Both the position numbers and the translations under genes were made by a program. This document shows, one piece after another, positions 11,382-21,553 of a stretch of DNA of 64,000 nt (within the stretch, counting starts at the first letter, position 1; each line of letters opens with the position of its first letter). This stretch comes from Promethearchaeota archaeon (lineage in GTDB: Archaea > Asgardarchaeota > Lokiarchaeia > Sigyniarchaeales > SOKP01): assembly GCA_048941015.1 (NCBI GenBank), contig JBHLNZ010000005.1, positions 25,089-89,088 of the forward strand. Direction: 5' to 3'. The notes under the pieces were generated by a model. It was given only the letters and a program-made list of their open reading frames with translations, did no database searches and had not been told where the DNA came from.

Positions 11382-11434
11382 AAGGATTGATCTTTAACTA
11401 ATTAAAGCTATTAATATTTAAATAAAATACAATA

Positions 11435-11453
11435 TATAGACCGTAAGTCTATA
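11435..11453. promoter_or_regulatory. Perfect inverted repeat upstream of uvrB, candidate operator
   Basis: TATAGAC-CGTAA-GTCTATA, 54-72 nt upstream of the uvrB start. Confidence 0.35.
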
Positions 11454-11516
11454 GATATTCTAATAAACCATAATTTATGATTTTAATGGTTTTTAAATAA
11501 AAATAAATTTATTTTT

Positions 11517-14500
11517 TTATACAACAGTTTCTTGATGTATATCTTCGGCTCCTTCTTCAGTTCGAACCAAAATTTCTAGTTTATTTTCAGCAACTATACT
11601 TAAACCAAGGAATACTTCAAGATCTGTAAGAGAAATCGAAATTGTAATATATCCAATAGAATTCTGAAGTTCATATAAATTTCCAGTTATTATTGAGTAA
11701 TTTGCTCCATCTTCAAAGGTAAAATTCGCTAAAGGAATATATGTATCATTGATATAGACTGAATTTACAGTTAAATTTAGTAACCCATTATTAGTCATAT
11801 TAACCTCGAATTTATCCAGAAAAATATCTGCATAGGTTGCTGAATCATCAATATTAATATTATAATATGTCGTATCAACAGTAGCAGTAAGATTTGCTGT
11901 GGCTTGTGCTGATGAATTTGTAGTTACTCGAATATCTACTTGATCAGAGACATTTATTGGGAAGCTTGTAATATTAAATGAGATGAGTGCGGATTCTTGA
12001 ACTGCTAATGAAAGATCTCCATATAAAAATTCGGTTTCAGTATCAATAGGAATCGTAATGGTCTCATTTATTATAATTTCATCTAATTCAATTGTCTGAT
12101 CTCCAGTATTTTTTATTAATAATGTACCAGTCTCATTTGCTCTTATCATTGAAACTGTAGATCCTTCTATATCTTCAATTATTTGAATATCTGATTGATC
12201 ACGTATGGTATGAACATATCCTACATCCGCTGTTTTAGTAGGGCCATCAAATGAAGCAGATACAATTACTCCAATTTCATCATTCACATCAAATTCAAAA
12301 TAATCCGAAGCTACAACCGTAATATTCAATTCTTCCTCAGTATCAATATAAGGTTGATCATATTCAAAACTTACAGAAGTCCAATTTGAACTAGCTTGTT
12401 TTAAATATACGGAATCCATACCAAGGAGAATAGTTCCAGTATTTTTAACTCTTATGTTAAGAATCGTAGTTCCATTATCGTATGTATATGCATATGTCTC
12501 ATTTAAGTAAATTGGGATATGCTTTCTAAAATAACCTGTGCCTGAAGCAAAAGCCTCTGGAGAAAGGATCCGTCTTTCATTTAAAATTGTCAATTCAAAA
12601 TTCTCATAACTTGAACAAAGTAGAATTTCATCTTTTATACCATTTGGAGTTATTACCCCTATTTTATGACTTGGCACAGGAGAATTTGCAGGATTAAAAT
12701 CTACTATTGAATTGGGTAAGTGAACCAATGCTTTCTCTCCCGGTTGCAATATTGAAGAACCACTTAAATATTCTTCAGTTGGAAATACATTATCTTCTGT
12801 ATTAGCATAAAAATCATCTAATATAGCAACGTTTTCTCCGACATTTTCGACCTCAAGGTACACATCTGCGGTTGTAGAATTAATTTGTTCTACCCAGCTA
12901 TTCTCTTTATTTATTTGAATTTTACTAAGAGAGCCTTCTTTTACGAAGAAATTGCTTGTCTGATTTGTAAAAGAATAAACCGAATCCGCTAATCCTTCTG
13001 CTGCAGCTTCAACAGTGATTTGCGCAATATCATTCTTATTAAAAGTACTACCCTCTGTATCTACCCATACTAAATCTTCTTCACTTGCATTTAAAATATT
13101 AGTACCGATACCTTTTCCTAAGGAAAAATCAAAACTTTGACCATTAATTTGAACATCTGTTATAACTAAAGTTTTTGTCCCTGTATTTCTTAACTTAAAA
13201 GTTGCATATCCGTTATCGAAAACTTCTGGTTCGAGAATGCTAAAGCTCGATTCTAATACTGTATAATCTACTTTATAAAGTTTAACCATACCTAAATTAG
13301 AGAAGTAAGCTTTTTGAAATACATTAAAATCATATTCTCCATTGGGGGCTATTGAAGTTGACCAGAGATTTCCATCAGCATCTGTTCTAGTATTAATCTG
13401 CTGTTGGTAATATTGTCCAAAAGTTTGAGCATTCCCCTCAAATGGCGCCGTAGGCAATTCATAGAACATTAACTTTACTAATTGACTATCAAACCATTTC
13501 TTTTCTGGAGCTTGTACTTCAGGATTATCATTATAGTATTCACTCTCATCAAAAACGGAATTGTCTGCCCAATTATCTTCTTCAAGTCCCAATGATTTGT
13601 AAAATTGATAATTATCATTACAAATTCTAATCATCCACGGCCATTTTCCCTCATCACCACCTAATCCATTAATTAAATACCCGAAAAACACTAACACATA
13701 ATCAGCTCCTAAATGCCGTAATATTTTTGCGCTATAAATCTCATTAGTTTGCATAAGTGCCATACCAGTTAAACCAATCCTTGTTTGATTTACCGTTGCA
13801 TTATCATTTACAGTTGTCATATTTCCTATTGGAGTAATCCAGTATCCATAATCCCACCAGCTCACAACAACGGTATCTCCAGGTAGATTTGTTTTCATCC
13901 ATGTTAAGGTTTCTTCCCAGTCATGGTAAACTCCTCCAGGAGCAATTTGGCTTGCAGATAATTGCGTGATTGATACGTTAGTTGAATACATAACCTGCGC
14001 CATGCACATAATTCCTACAATAACATAAACTGCGGCTATCTCCGATTTTCCAACCATTCTCTTTAATTGTCGCTTTCTTTTCCTACTCATACTAGTTCTT
14101 TTCTCTCCGTAGAAGCTTCCAAATATCTTTAAAACATTTACAAGGCCATATGCTCCTATTAATGATGCTGCTGGAGCAAATAATAGAATAATACGAATCA
14201 TACTACTTGTAAAATAAAAGATTAGTAGGATGAACACGATTAGAAATATGTCAGCGATATCTGATCTTTTAAAAGCGAAAAAAATTCCAAGTGGTAGAAG
14301 CATTAAGGGAATTAAAGTATTATAGTAAAATACACTCCAAGGACTAGGCATATGTTCAGCGACAGAAGCAACTAAATGCATTTGGTCACGAAGCAATGGG
14401 CTAAGAATACTTTGTATACGAGTGCCAAAACCAAAGGGAATAATGTTTGGAGCCACCCAGATAATAATAGCACCAACGATAATTACTGGAATTAAGCCCC

Positions 14501-15434
14501 ATTTTAGAAGATTAATGATGGTATTATATAATTTAGGATAATTTGTTTTGTTAGTATAAATTAAATGAAAAATTATAAGTAGTATCATAAAAATAAAGAT
14601 CCCACCAACATCTAAACTTCTAAATAAATGACCATAATCAAAAGTAGAATAGACCGAAAAGATTAACAATCCAACGCCAGTGACGCCAGAATAAGCGATC
14701 AAAACGTTAGTTTCGTATTTATTAGCAAGAATTAAAATTCCAACAATTAAAGGTAAAATTAGAAATACAAAATCATACCCCCCCCAACTTAGTGCCAAAT
14801 ATCCGAGGAATAAACCTCCTAGGAGAGAATGAACAATTCTACCCGACTTTATCGTCTTTATAAAAAAATAGAAAGTCATAAGTGTGGCAAATACTCCTAT
14901 TGTTTCATTATCAAAAAATCCAGCCGTAGTACGCTGCATAAATCCAACATTAAAAGCCATAAAAAATGCTGCAAATAGTCCGCATTTTCGATCTAGAACC
15001 TCCTTACCGAGTAGATATGCTGCAAATACGGTTAGTCCTCCCATAAATGCAGGAAAATAGAAACACACGTCATATAATGAAACGTTAATACCAAGAAAAT
15101 TAAATGCTTGGAATATAAATACTACAGTAAATGTAAGGCCGGGACGTAAACTTGATCTATCGAATCCTTCTGGAAACCAGCTTTTAAAGTCATGCCAATT
15201 AAAATATTCAAATAATGAATGTTCCGAGAGATAATTTGCATTATAATATTGAATCCAGGGATCAAATGCTTTAATTAAATAATTTCCATCTACGACAGGC
15301 GAAAGTCGAATCATAATAGCTACAATTATAACTATAGCTAACGCTAGAAACAGTAAAATATTACTTTTTTTTACGGTTAAACTTGCTTGAGTTCTATCAC
15401 GGAAATTTCTAAGAGAACGAATAATTTTTGACAT
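11517..15434 (-). CDS. aglB: Oligosaccharyltransferase STT3/AglB with long C-terminal Ig-like extension
   Basis: AFDPW, GFFDNE, SVAEH, SWWDYG, DNAT and DEGKWPWMIRI motifs; multi-TM N-terminal half; ~580-aa beta-rich tail. Confidence 0.93.
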   Translation of the reverse strand: MSKIIRSLRNFRDRTQASLTVKKSNILLFLALAIVIIVAIMIRLSPVVDGNYLIKAFDPWIQYYNANYLSEHSLFEYFNWHDFKSWFPEGFDRSSLRPGLTFTVVFIFQAFNFLGINVSLYDVCFYFPAFMGGLTVFAAYLLGKEVLDRKCGLFAAFFMAFNVGFMQRTTAGFFDNETIGVFATLMTFYFFIKTIKSGRIVHSLLGGLFLGYLALSWGGYDFVFLILPLIVGILILANKYETNVLIAYSGVTGVGLLIFSVYSTFDYGHLFRSLDVGGIFIFMILLIIFHLIYTNKTNYPKLYNTIINLLKWGLIPVIIVGAIIIWVAPNIIPFGFGTRIQSILSPLLRDQMHLVASVAEHMPSPWSVFYYNTLIPLMLLPLGIFFAFKRSDIADIFLIVFILLIFYFTSSMIRIILLFAPAASLIGAYGLVNVLKIFGSFYGEKRTSMSRKRKRQLKRMVGKSEIAAVYVIVGIMCMAQVMYSTNVSITQLSASQIAPGGVYHDWEETLTWMKTNLPGDTVVVSWWDYGYWITPIGNMTTVNDNATVNQTRIGLTGMALMQTNEIYSAKILRHLGADYVLVFFGYLINGLGGDEGKWPWMIRICNDNYQFYKSLGLEEDNWADNSVFDESEYYNDNPEVQAPEKKWFDSQLVKLMFYELPTAPFEGNAQTFGQYYQQQINTRTDADGNLWSTSIAPNGEYDFNVFQKAYFSNLGMVKLYKVDYTVLESSFSILEPEVFDNGYATFKLRNTGTKTLVITDVQINGQSFDFSLGKGIGTNILNASEEDLVWVDTEGSTFNKNDIAQITVEAAAEGLADSVYSFTNQTSNFFVKEGSLSKIQINKENSWVEQINSTTADVYLEVENVGENVAILDDFYANTEDNVFPTEEYLSGSSILQPGEKALVHLPNSIVDFNPANSPVPSHKIGVITPNGIKDEILLCSSYENFELTILNERRILSPEAFASGTGYFRKHIPIYLNETYAYTYDNGTTILNIRVKNTGTILLGMDSVYLKQASSNWTSVSFEYDQPYIDTEEELNITVVASDYFEFDVNDEIGVIVSASFDGPTKTADVGYVHTIRDQSDIQIIEDIEGSTVSMIRANETGTLLIKNTGDQTIELDEIIINETITIPIDTETEFLYGDLSLAVQESALISFNITSFPINVSDQVDIRVTTNSSAQATANLTATVDTTYYNINIDDSATYADIFLDKFEVNMTNNGLLNLTVNSVYINDTYIPLANFTFEDGANYSIITGNLYELQNSIGYITISISLTDLEVFLGLSIVAENKLEILVRTEEGAEDIHQETVV

Positions 15435-15625
15435 TATTTTTTTTTATTTAGATTTTTTAAATTTAAAATAATCACTAAAATTTAGATTATAAAAAAATTC
15501 CTTTTCATTAAAAGATTATTTTTTAATATACTAAATGGTCTTGATATTATAACAAAAGAATATTTTGTAATTCTATTATAGAATTTTAAAGCGAGAATGG
15601 ATTTTTTTTTTGGTGAAAAATTTGG

Positions 15626-16453
15626 ATGGAAATTGCTAGATATTTATTTAAATTTTATTATATTGGTACAAAGAAGTTTTATGGTTCACAAAGACAACCT
15701 AATAAGCTTACAATTGAAGATTGTTTAATAGAAACACTCTTAAAAGGAAAATATGTTAAAAAATTGGAAGATTCAGGGTTTGAAGTGGCGAGTAGAACTG
15801 ATAGATTTGTATCCGCTCGAGGTGCTACTTTTTCGGTAAAAATTAATAAGAAACCGATTCTTATGGAGTTAAATTCGTTTTTACCTAAAGAAATTGGATT
15901 ATGGGCATACACTAAAGTCCCCTTAAATTTTTTATCAAGATTTAATGCTGAATATCGTCACTATAAGTACTTTATGCCTATTGACAAAAATTTGAATTTA
16001 AAACTCATCAAAAAAGCTTGTAAAGAATTGGAGGGGCGACATGATTTCAAAAATTTTTCCAAACGTGAGAATGAAGTAATAAACACAATTAGGGATATGA
16101 TCTCAGTAGATCTTGAGATCAGAAATGATCATATTATTTTTGATTTTAAAAGTAAAGCATTCTTAAGGCAACAAATTAGACGTATAGTAGCGAAATTAAT
16201 CGAATTAGGAAAGAGAAAAATTACTTATGCTGAATTTAGAAATTTATTTGATACCAATGATTATAATTCTTATCAACCGGCTGATCCAATTGGATTAATT
16301 CTATGGGACATTGTTTATAGAAAAGATATTGAATTTGTATATGATACTAAATCTTTAGAAAGAATGAAAAATGTATTTATTAAATTAGAACAAGATTCAA
16401 ATCAAAAACGTTTATTATTTAAGATCTTGCAGCGCAACAATGTTAGCTATTAA
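15626..16453 (+). CDS. truA: tRNA pseudouridine(38-40) synthase
   Basis: FYGSQRQP, SRTD catalytic Asp, GRHDFKNF, AFLRQQIRRIV. Confidence 0.92.
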   Translation: MEIARYLFKFYYIGTKKFYGSQRQPNKLTIEDCLIETLLKGKYVKKLEDSGFEVASRTDRFVSARGATFSVKINKKPILMELNSFLPKEIGLWAYTKVPLNFLSRFNAEYRHYKYFMPIDKNLNLKLIKKACKELEGRHDFKNFSKRENEVINTIRDMISVDLEIRNDHIIFDFKSKAFLRQQIRRIVAKLIELGKRKITYAEFRNLFDTNDYNSYQPADPIGLILWDIVYRKDIEFVYDTKSLERMKNVFIKLEQDSNQKRLLFKILQRNNVSY

Positions 16454-17386
16454 TGCCTGTAATTGAATTTCTTCTGTACCTCCTTGACTTAGACGATATT
16501 CAAATTCTGCTAGTAGCTTTGAAAGATCAATTTTTAAATCTTCTGAAATATTAAGGCTATAAATCTCTCTATGCAGATTTTTTATGATATTAATCCCAGA
16601 AAGTCCATATTCGTTATTAACATCATTTAGAAGTTTTATTGAGAATTTTAATTTTCCTTCTAATGCAGTCTGTAGTATTTCTTTAATTTTTTCGGAAGGT
16701 ACCTCACCTGCAACCCGAAATACAAGATCTTGGTCAATATTTGAAGAGATAGTACCACAAGATTGTAAATAGTTTATAGCCCTTCTGCAATCTCCCCTTG
16801 AAACATTAACAAGTCCATTTAAACCATCTGGTTTAATAGAGATATTTTCTTCTTTAGCTACGTATTTTATTCTTTGTTTAATATCATCATTACTCAAAGG
16901 TGAGAATCTAAAAACGACACATCTTGATTGAATTGGTGGAATAATTTTATTAGAATAATTGCATATTAAAATCATTCGACAATTTTTTGTATACTTTTCC
17001 ATAGTTCTTCTTAGAGCCTGTTGAGCTGGTGCTGTCATATTATCTGCTTCATCCAAAATTAAGATTTTAAAAGGAATATCGGTTGGAGGTTTAGCTTTAG
17101 CAAAATCTTTTATAAATGTTCTTATAACATCTATTCCTCTCGCGTCACTTGCATTCAATTCCAAATATGTAGAATTTGGGGCCATTTTTTTTCCATATAA
17201 TTCTCTTACCATTGCTAAAGCAGAAGTAGTTTTCCCTGTACCTGCAGGACCAGCGAAAATAAGATGTGGCATAGATTTATCCTTAATGAATTGCTTTAAA
17301 CGTTGAATAATTGCTTTTTGGTTAACTATATCATCTAATATTCTGGGACGATATTTTTCTACCCACGGTCTATTATCTAAAGACAT
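16415..17386 (-). CDS. rfcS: Replication factor C small subunit
   Basis: PWVEKYRP, GPAGTGKT, ELNASDARGID, DEAD, SRC; ATG at 17386 preferred to TTG at 17392. Confidence 0.96.
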   Translation of the reverse strand: MSLDNRPWVEKYRPRILDDIVNQKAIIQRLKQFIKDKSMPHLIFAGPAGTGKTTSALAMVRELYGKKMAPNSTYLELNASDARGIDVIRTFIKDFAKAKPPTDIPFKILILDEADNMTAPAQQALRRTMEKYTKNCRMILICNYSNKIIPPIQSRCVVFRFSPLSNDDIKQRIKYVAKEENISIKPDGLNGLVNVSRGDCRRAINYLQSCGTISSNIDQDLVFRVAGEVPSEKIKEILQTALEGKLKFSIKLLNDVNNEYGLSGINIIKNLHREIYSLNISEDLKIDLSKLLAEFEYRLSQGGTEEIQLQALIANIVALQDLK

Positions 17387-17516
17387 ATCCAACTTAAAAT
17401 TTTCAGATTATATAATAATATATAAGAAGTACTATTAAGAATTAAAATTTCATTTTTCTTTATTAATAAATAATTGTTAGTAAACAATTATATAAAAAGA
17501 AACAGATTAGAAAATT

Positions 17517-18824
17517 ATGACTGATTTCAAAATTACTAAAATTAAATCTCGGTGGATATTAGATTCTAGAGGTAATCCTACAGTAGAAACAGATGTTTTT
17601 TCCAATAATAATTATGCTAGAGCTGCTGTTCCTTCAGGCGCTTCAACTGGTGTTTTAGAAGCTTTGGAACTGAGAGACGGGGGAAAGGCATTTCTAGGAA
17701 AACATGTGAAAAAAGCAGTATCTAATGTTAATGAAATTTTAAGTAAAAAGTTAATTGGTTTGGATGTAAGAGAGCAAAGTCAAATAGATAGAGTAATGAT
17801 TGAGTTAGATGGTACTGAAAATAAAAAAAATTTAGGCGCAAATGCTATTTTATCAATATCTTTGGCAACAGTAAAATTAGCAGCAAAATTACTTGATAAA
17901 CCATTATTTTCTCATTTATATGAATTAAGTTTTGGTCAACCACGGGAGACTTATTTATTACCAATTCCTTTTTGTAATATTTTAAATGGAGGAGAACATG
18001 CAGGGAATAATCTAGCGGTTCAAGAATTTATGATAGTACCTATTGGATCAGATTCTTTTGCTAGTGCTATTCAAAATGTAGCAGAGGTATATCAAATCCT
18101 TAAGGGGATTTTAATTAAAAAATACGGTAAGTCTTCCATAAATGTTGGAGATGAAGGGGGTTTTGCTCCAAATCTTTCAGATACACATGAAGCGGTTAAT
18201 GTTATTGTCGAAGCAATTGAAGAAGCAGGATTTATAATGGGTACTGATTTTTATTTAGCTATGGACGCAGCTGCTAGTGAATTTTATGATGATGGATTGT
18301 ATAATATTGATGGGAGAAAATTAAATGAAAATGAGTTTTTGCAATATTATTTGGATCTGATTGAAGAGTATCCTTATATAAAATCTATTGAAGACCCATT
18401 TGATGAAACCTCCTTTAATGGTTTTGCTAAACTAACAGCGAAGATAGATAAATCTATTCAAATAGTGGATGATGATCTTACAGTAACTAATATTAAAATC
18501 TTAGAAAAAGCTATTAATGAAAAAGCAGGTAGCGCTTTGCTTTTAAAAGTAAATCAAATTGGAAGTCTGTCAGAAGCAATTAACGCAAGCAAAATGGCAT
18601 TTAAAAACGGTTTTAATGTCATGGTTTCGCATCGTTCTGGTGAGACTGAAGATCCTTTTATTGCAGATTTAGCTGTAGGATTATGTACTGGACAGATTAA
18701 AAGTGGAGCACCTTGTAGGAGCGATAGAAATGCCAAATATAATCAACTACTTAGAATAGAAGAACTATTAGGAGAAAAAGCAACTTATCCCAATAATTTT
18801 GATGTTTGGAAAAAATTTCATTAA
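17517..18824 (+). CDS. eno: Enolase
   Basis: DSRGNPTVE, PSGASTG, GDEGGFAP, LLKVNQIG, SHRSGETED. Confidence 0.98.
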   Translation: MTDFKITKIKSRWILDSRGNPTVETDVFSNNNYARAAVPSGASTGVLEALELRDGGKAFLGKHVKKAVSNVNEILSKKLIGLDVREQSQIDRVMIELDGTENKKNLGANAILSISLATVKLAAKLLDKPLFSHLYELSFGQPRETYLLPIPFCNILNGGEHAGNNLAVQEFMIVPIGSDSFASAIQNVAEVYQILKGILIKKYGKSSINVGDEGGFAPNLSDTHEAVNVIVEAIEEAGFIMGTDFYLAMDAAASEFYDDGLYNIDGRKLNENEFLQYYLDLIEEYPYIKSIEDPFDETSFNGFAKLTAKIDKSIQIVDDDLTVTNIKILEKAINEKAGSALLLKVNQIGSLSEAINASKMAFKNGFNVMVSHRSGETEDPFIADLAVGLCTGQIKSGAPCRSDRNAKYNQLLRIEELLGEKATYPNNFDVWKKFH

Positions 18825-18837
18825 GTTGATTTCTCTA

Positions 18838-19482
18838 TTATAAATTATTTTTTTTAAATCTGTAAATATTTACATCAATCATTTTCGCTTTCATCTTATG
18901 AAAATAAAAGGTTTTTTCAAGTCTTAATTTATAAGGAAATACATAGTCTATATGCCAATTATATTTCTTAATATAATTTTGAAGGAAATTATTTACTTTT
19001 TCATTAGATAAATGGATCGAATATATTATTGATGAAAAAGAGAGTGCTTTTTCTAAAAAGATTCTATCCGCTTTTTTCTTTTGTACCCCAAATGGTGGAT
19101 TCATAATGGTTGTAATTTTTCTTTCTTTAGGTAAAAATAACTTATTAAGTTCAAAATGTCCGATCTCAGCACAAATTGGAAATATAACATTATTCAGTTT
19201 AAGATTATCAATATTATATTTTAGTATTTTTAAAGCACTAAAATCAATATCGATACTTAAAACATATATTGCTTTGAAAAAAGCACTAGCAATAGATAAT
19301 CTTCCCGTACCGGCACCTAAATCAACAATTATTTGATTTTGGATATCATTAAATTCAAATCCAGCAAAATAAATAATATCAACTGCACTCACAGCATCAA
19401 TGCAATACTGCTCAAGATTTACTTTAGGGTCTGAGAATGCTTGAGTGTTTTGAATTATAGAAATTAAATCTTTTTTTTTTAT
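18838..19482 (-). CDS. METTL5-like N6-adenine RNA methyltransferase (start extended to ATA)
   Basis: DLGAGTG and NPPFG; frame open upstream of the track start, encoding KKKDLISIIQNTQAFSDPKVNLEQY, the family's typical PKxxLEQY N-terminus. Confidence 0.85.
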   Translation of the reverse strand: MKKKDLISIIQNTQAFSDPKVNLEQYCIDAVSAVDIIYFAGFEFNDIQNQIIVDLGAGTGRLSIASAFFKAIYVLSIDIDFSALKILKYNIDNLKLNNVIFPICAEIGHFELNKLFLPKERKITTIMNPPFGVQKKKADRIFLEKALSFSSIIYSIHLSNEKVNNFLQNYIKKYNWHIDYVFPYKLRLEKTFYFHKMKAKMIDVNIYRFKKNNL

Positions 19483-19597
19483 GTTTATCGCCTAAAAAGT
19501 CTGCTTATTTAAATTTTTATTTTGTATTATGATTAAATTTATTTAATTTATTTAATAATAATTAAGTAAGGAAATTAAAAGATTTTTGTGGAATTCT

Positions 19598-20194
19598 ATG
19601 AAACAATTGAGAAAAAATGATGATATTGTATTCACAGGTGAGTATTTAGGAGTTGTAGAAGAGTTTCTCCCAGATAAACAATCAACATATGTAAAAGATG
19701 GTGAGATTTATGCAACTAAAACAGGAATACTTCATATTGATAAAAATAAAAGAGAGATTAAGATTAAAAGCCATCAAGAAAAAGATAGAAAAACCGTTAA
19801 AGTGGGGGATATAGTTATTGGTACAGTTATTTTTCTTAGACAATACTCGATTGGGTTAATCTTTCATACGATTAATAATAAAATTCATTTTAACAGTTCT
19901 TATTTAGGAAATATACATGTATCTCAAATTTCCCATAAATTTGTAGAAAAAATTTCAGATGCTTTTCAATTAACAGATATTATTCGAGCAAAAGTTATCG
20001 ATCAGAATCAGAATGAATATGTTTTAAGTAGTGTAGGGAAGAATTTAGGGGTTATCCATGCTGATTGTGTCATATGTGGAACTGAGCTTGAAAAGATAGG
20101 ACCTAACAAATTAAGATGTTCTAGGTGTGGAAATCTTGAAACTCGAAAATTTGCTGATGATTATGGAAATGTATCAGAACATTTAAGATATTAA
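19598..20194 (+). CDS. csl4: Exosome complex RNA-binding protein Csl4
   Basis: GEYLGVVEEF, S1 domain (IHVSQIS, DIIRAKV), C-terminal Zn ribbon CVIC..CSRC..ETRK. Confidence 0.93.
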   Translation: MKQLRKNDDIVFTGEYLGVVEEFLPDKQSTYVKDGEIYATKTGILHIDKNKREIKIKSHQEKDRKTVKVGDIVIGTVIFLRQYSIGLIFHTINNKIHFNSSYLGNIHVSQISHKFVEKISDAFQLTDIIRAKVIDQNQNEYVLSSVGKNLGVIHADCVICGTELEKIGPNKLRCSRCGNLETRKFADDYGNVSEHLRY

Positions 20195-20241
20195 AGTTCA
20201 TAACAAATTAGATTTGTACTAACATATAAGGGTTCATAATC

Positions 20242-20463
20242 TTGACTAGAAAGGGCGGAAGGAAAGTAATTCATTTTTATAATTCTTCAGGAAATATTGA
20301 AAACCTTATAAATTTTTTAGAAAAAGTTCAAGCAAAAATTAATTATCTCAATCTTAATTGTACAGTAGAAGGAAAAAGTATTAAAATCACTTTATTCGGG
20401 CCAAGAGATCTTCAATATTTAGCTCAAGAGAGATTAAGAGAATTAGCAGATAGATATTTATGA
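20242..20463 (+). CDS. Small hypothetical protein between csl4 and rpoL
   Basis: 73-aa ORF co-oriented within the operon; alpha/beta pattern; start uncertain. Confidence 0.6.
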   Translation: MTRKGGRKVIHFYNSSGNIENLINFLEKVQAKINYLNLNCTVEGKSIKITLFGPRDLQYLAQERLRELADRYL

Positions 20464-20543
20464 AGTATTATTGTTAGAAACAAAAAAAATTTATTTTATC
20501 CTATATTAGATTTATTTAATTCGAAGATTATGGTGTCAATTTA

Positions 20544-21038
20544 GTGGCAAAAAAAAAAGGTAAAACTAAAAAAGAAGAAGAGGATTTTGACGATTTTGAA
20601 GATGATTCATTTGGAGATGAGAAAATCGAGACTCATTATCCTAAACTTGAAGGAAAGGAAGTCAAGGAAAGCAAAACGAAAGACGATTTAGAGGAAGAAA
20701 TAGAAGCTGAAGAGGAAGAGGAATTCGAATTAGAACCCGAAATCGAAGTACCAGAATATAAACACATTGGTTTAGATATTAAATATGGCCTTAATGAAAA
20801 TGATTATAAAATAATTATTAAGGGACAATCCCATGGATTTTGTAATATCTTTGTTAAACATCTATTAAATATAGAAGGAGTTAACATTGCTTCTTATAAA
20901 ATAACTAAACTTGAACATCCAGAAATATTTGTTCGAATTGAAAACGGATATAAAATTAAAGATGTGTTATTTAAAGGAATAGAAGCTCTTAAAAAAGAAG
21001 TATCCGAAGTTCAATCGGTATTCAAAAAACTAATGTAA
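20544..21038 (+). CDS. rpoL: RNA polymerase subunit Rpo11 (RpoL) with acidic N-terminal extension
   Basis: IKGQSHGFCN..LLNIEGVNIASYKI resembles RpoL GEDHTLxN..GVxxAxY; conserved csl4-rpoL neighbourhood. Confidence 0.8.
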   Translation: MAKKKGKTKKEEEDFDDFEDDSFGDEKIETHYPKLEGKEVKESKTKDDLEEEIEAEEEEEFELEPEIEVPEYKHIGLDIKYGLNENDYKIIIKGQSHGFCNIFVKHLLNIEGVNIASYKITKLEHPEIFVRIENGYKIKDVLFKGIEALKKEVSEVQSVFKKLM

Positions 21039-21092
21039 TTCTAATTTTACACACTTATTATGATAAGTTTATAAGAAGTATTTATTCAACTA

Positions 21093-21551
21093 GTGTTAAT
21101 GCCTTATGAGTTTTTATTAAGAGATATAAATAAAAATCTTACAGAGAAAGCAATAGGAACCGATAAAGGTTTAGCTAAAATTGGTGATGGAATCGTAAAT
21201 TTGGCATATTCAGTTGCTAAATCTACTTATTTGACAAGAAATAATGTAAATAATAGAACGATCAGAACAGGGATGAAAGTTGGGAAAAATGTTTTAGCGC
21301 AAGCTTTAAAGGAGGCTAATATGAAAAGTTTTGCAAAAAATAGAGCAGATTCTCACGACTTAGCTGATACAGTTGAATCTCTAATAGCATATGTTTGGTT
21401 GTCGGGAAAAATGTCGATAAAGGAGATCATAGATTTTCTAGCAAATAATTTCTCAGGTGACCTCAATAACAGAGTTCAAGAAATTAATTCTGCTCGACAA
21501 GCATTTACTAAACTTTTGAATTTGATAAAAAAATTTATACCAGTTTTTTAA
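21093..21551 (+). CDS. Archaeal mini-ribonuclease III family protein
   Basis: DKGLAKIGDGIVNLAYS and ADTVESLIAYVWL RNase III-like signatures. Confidence 0.8.
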   Translation: MLMPYEFLLRDINKNLTEKAIGTDKGLAKIGDGIVNLAYSVAKSTYLTRNNVNNRTIRTGMKVGKNVLAQALKEANMKSFAKNRADSHDLADTVESLIAYVWLSGKMSIKEIIDFLANNFSGDLNNRVQEINSARQAFTKLLNLIKKFIPVF

Positions 21552-21553
21552 TT

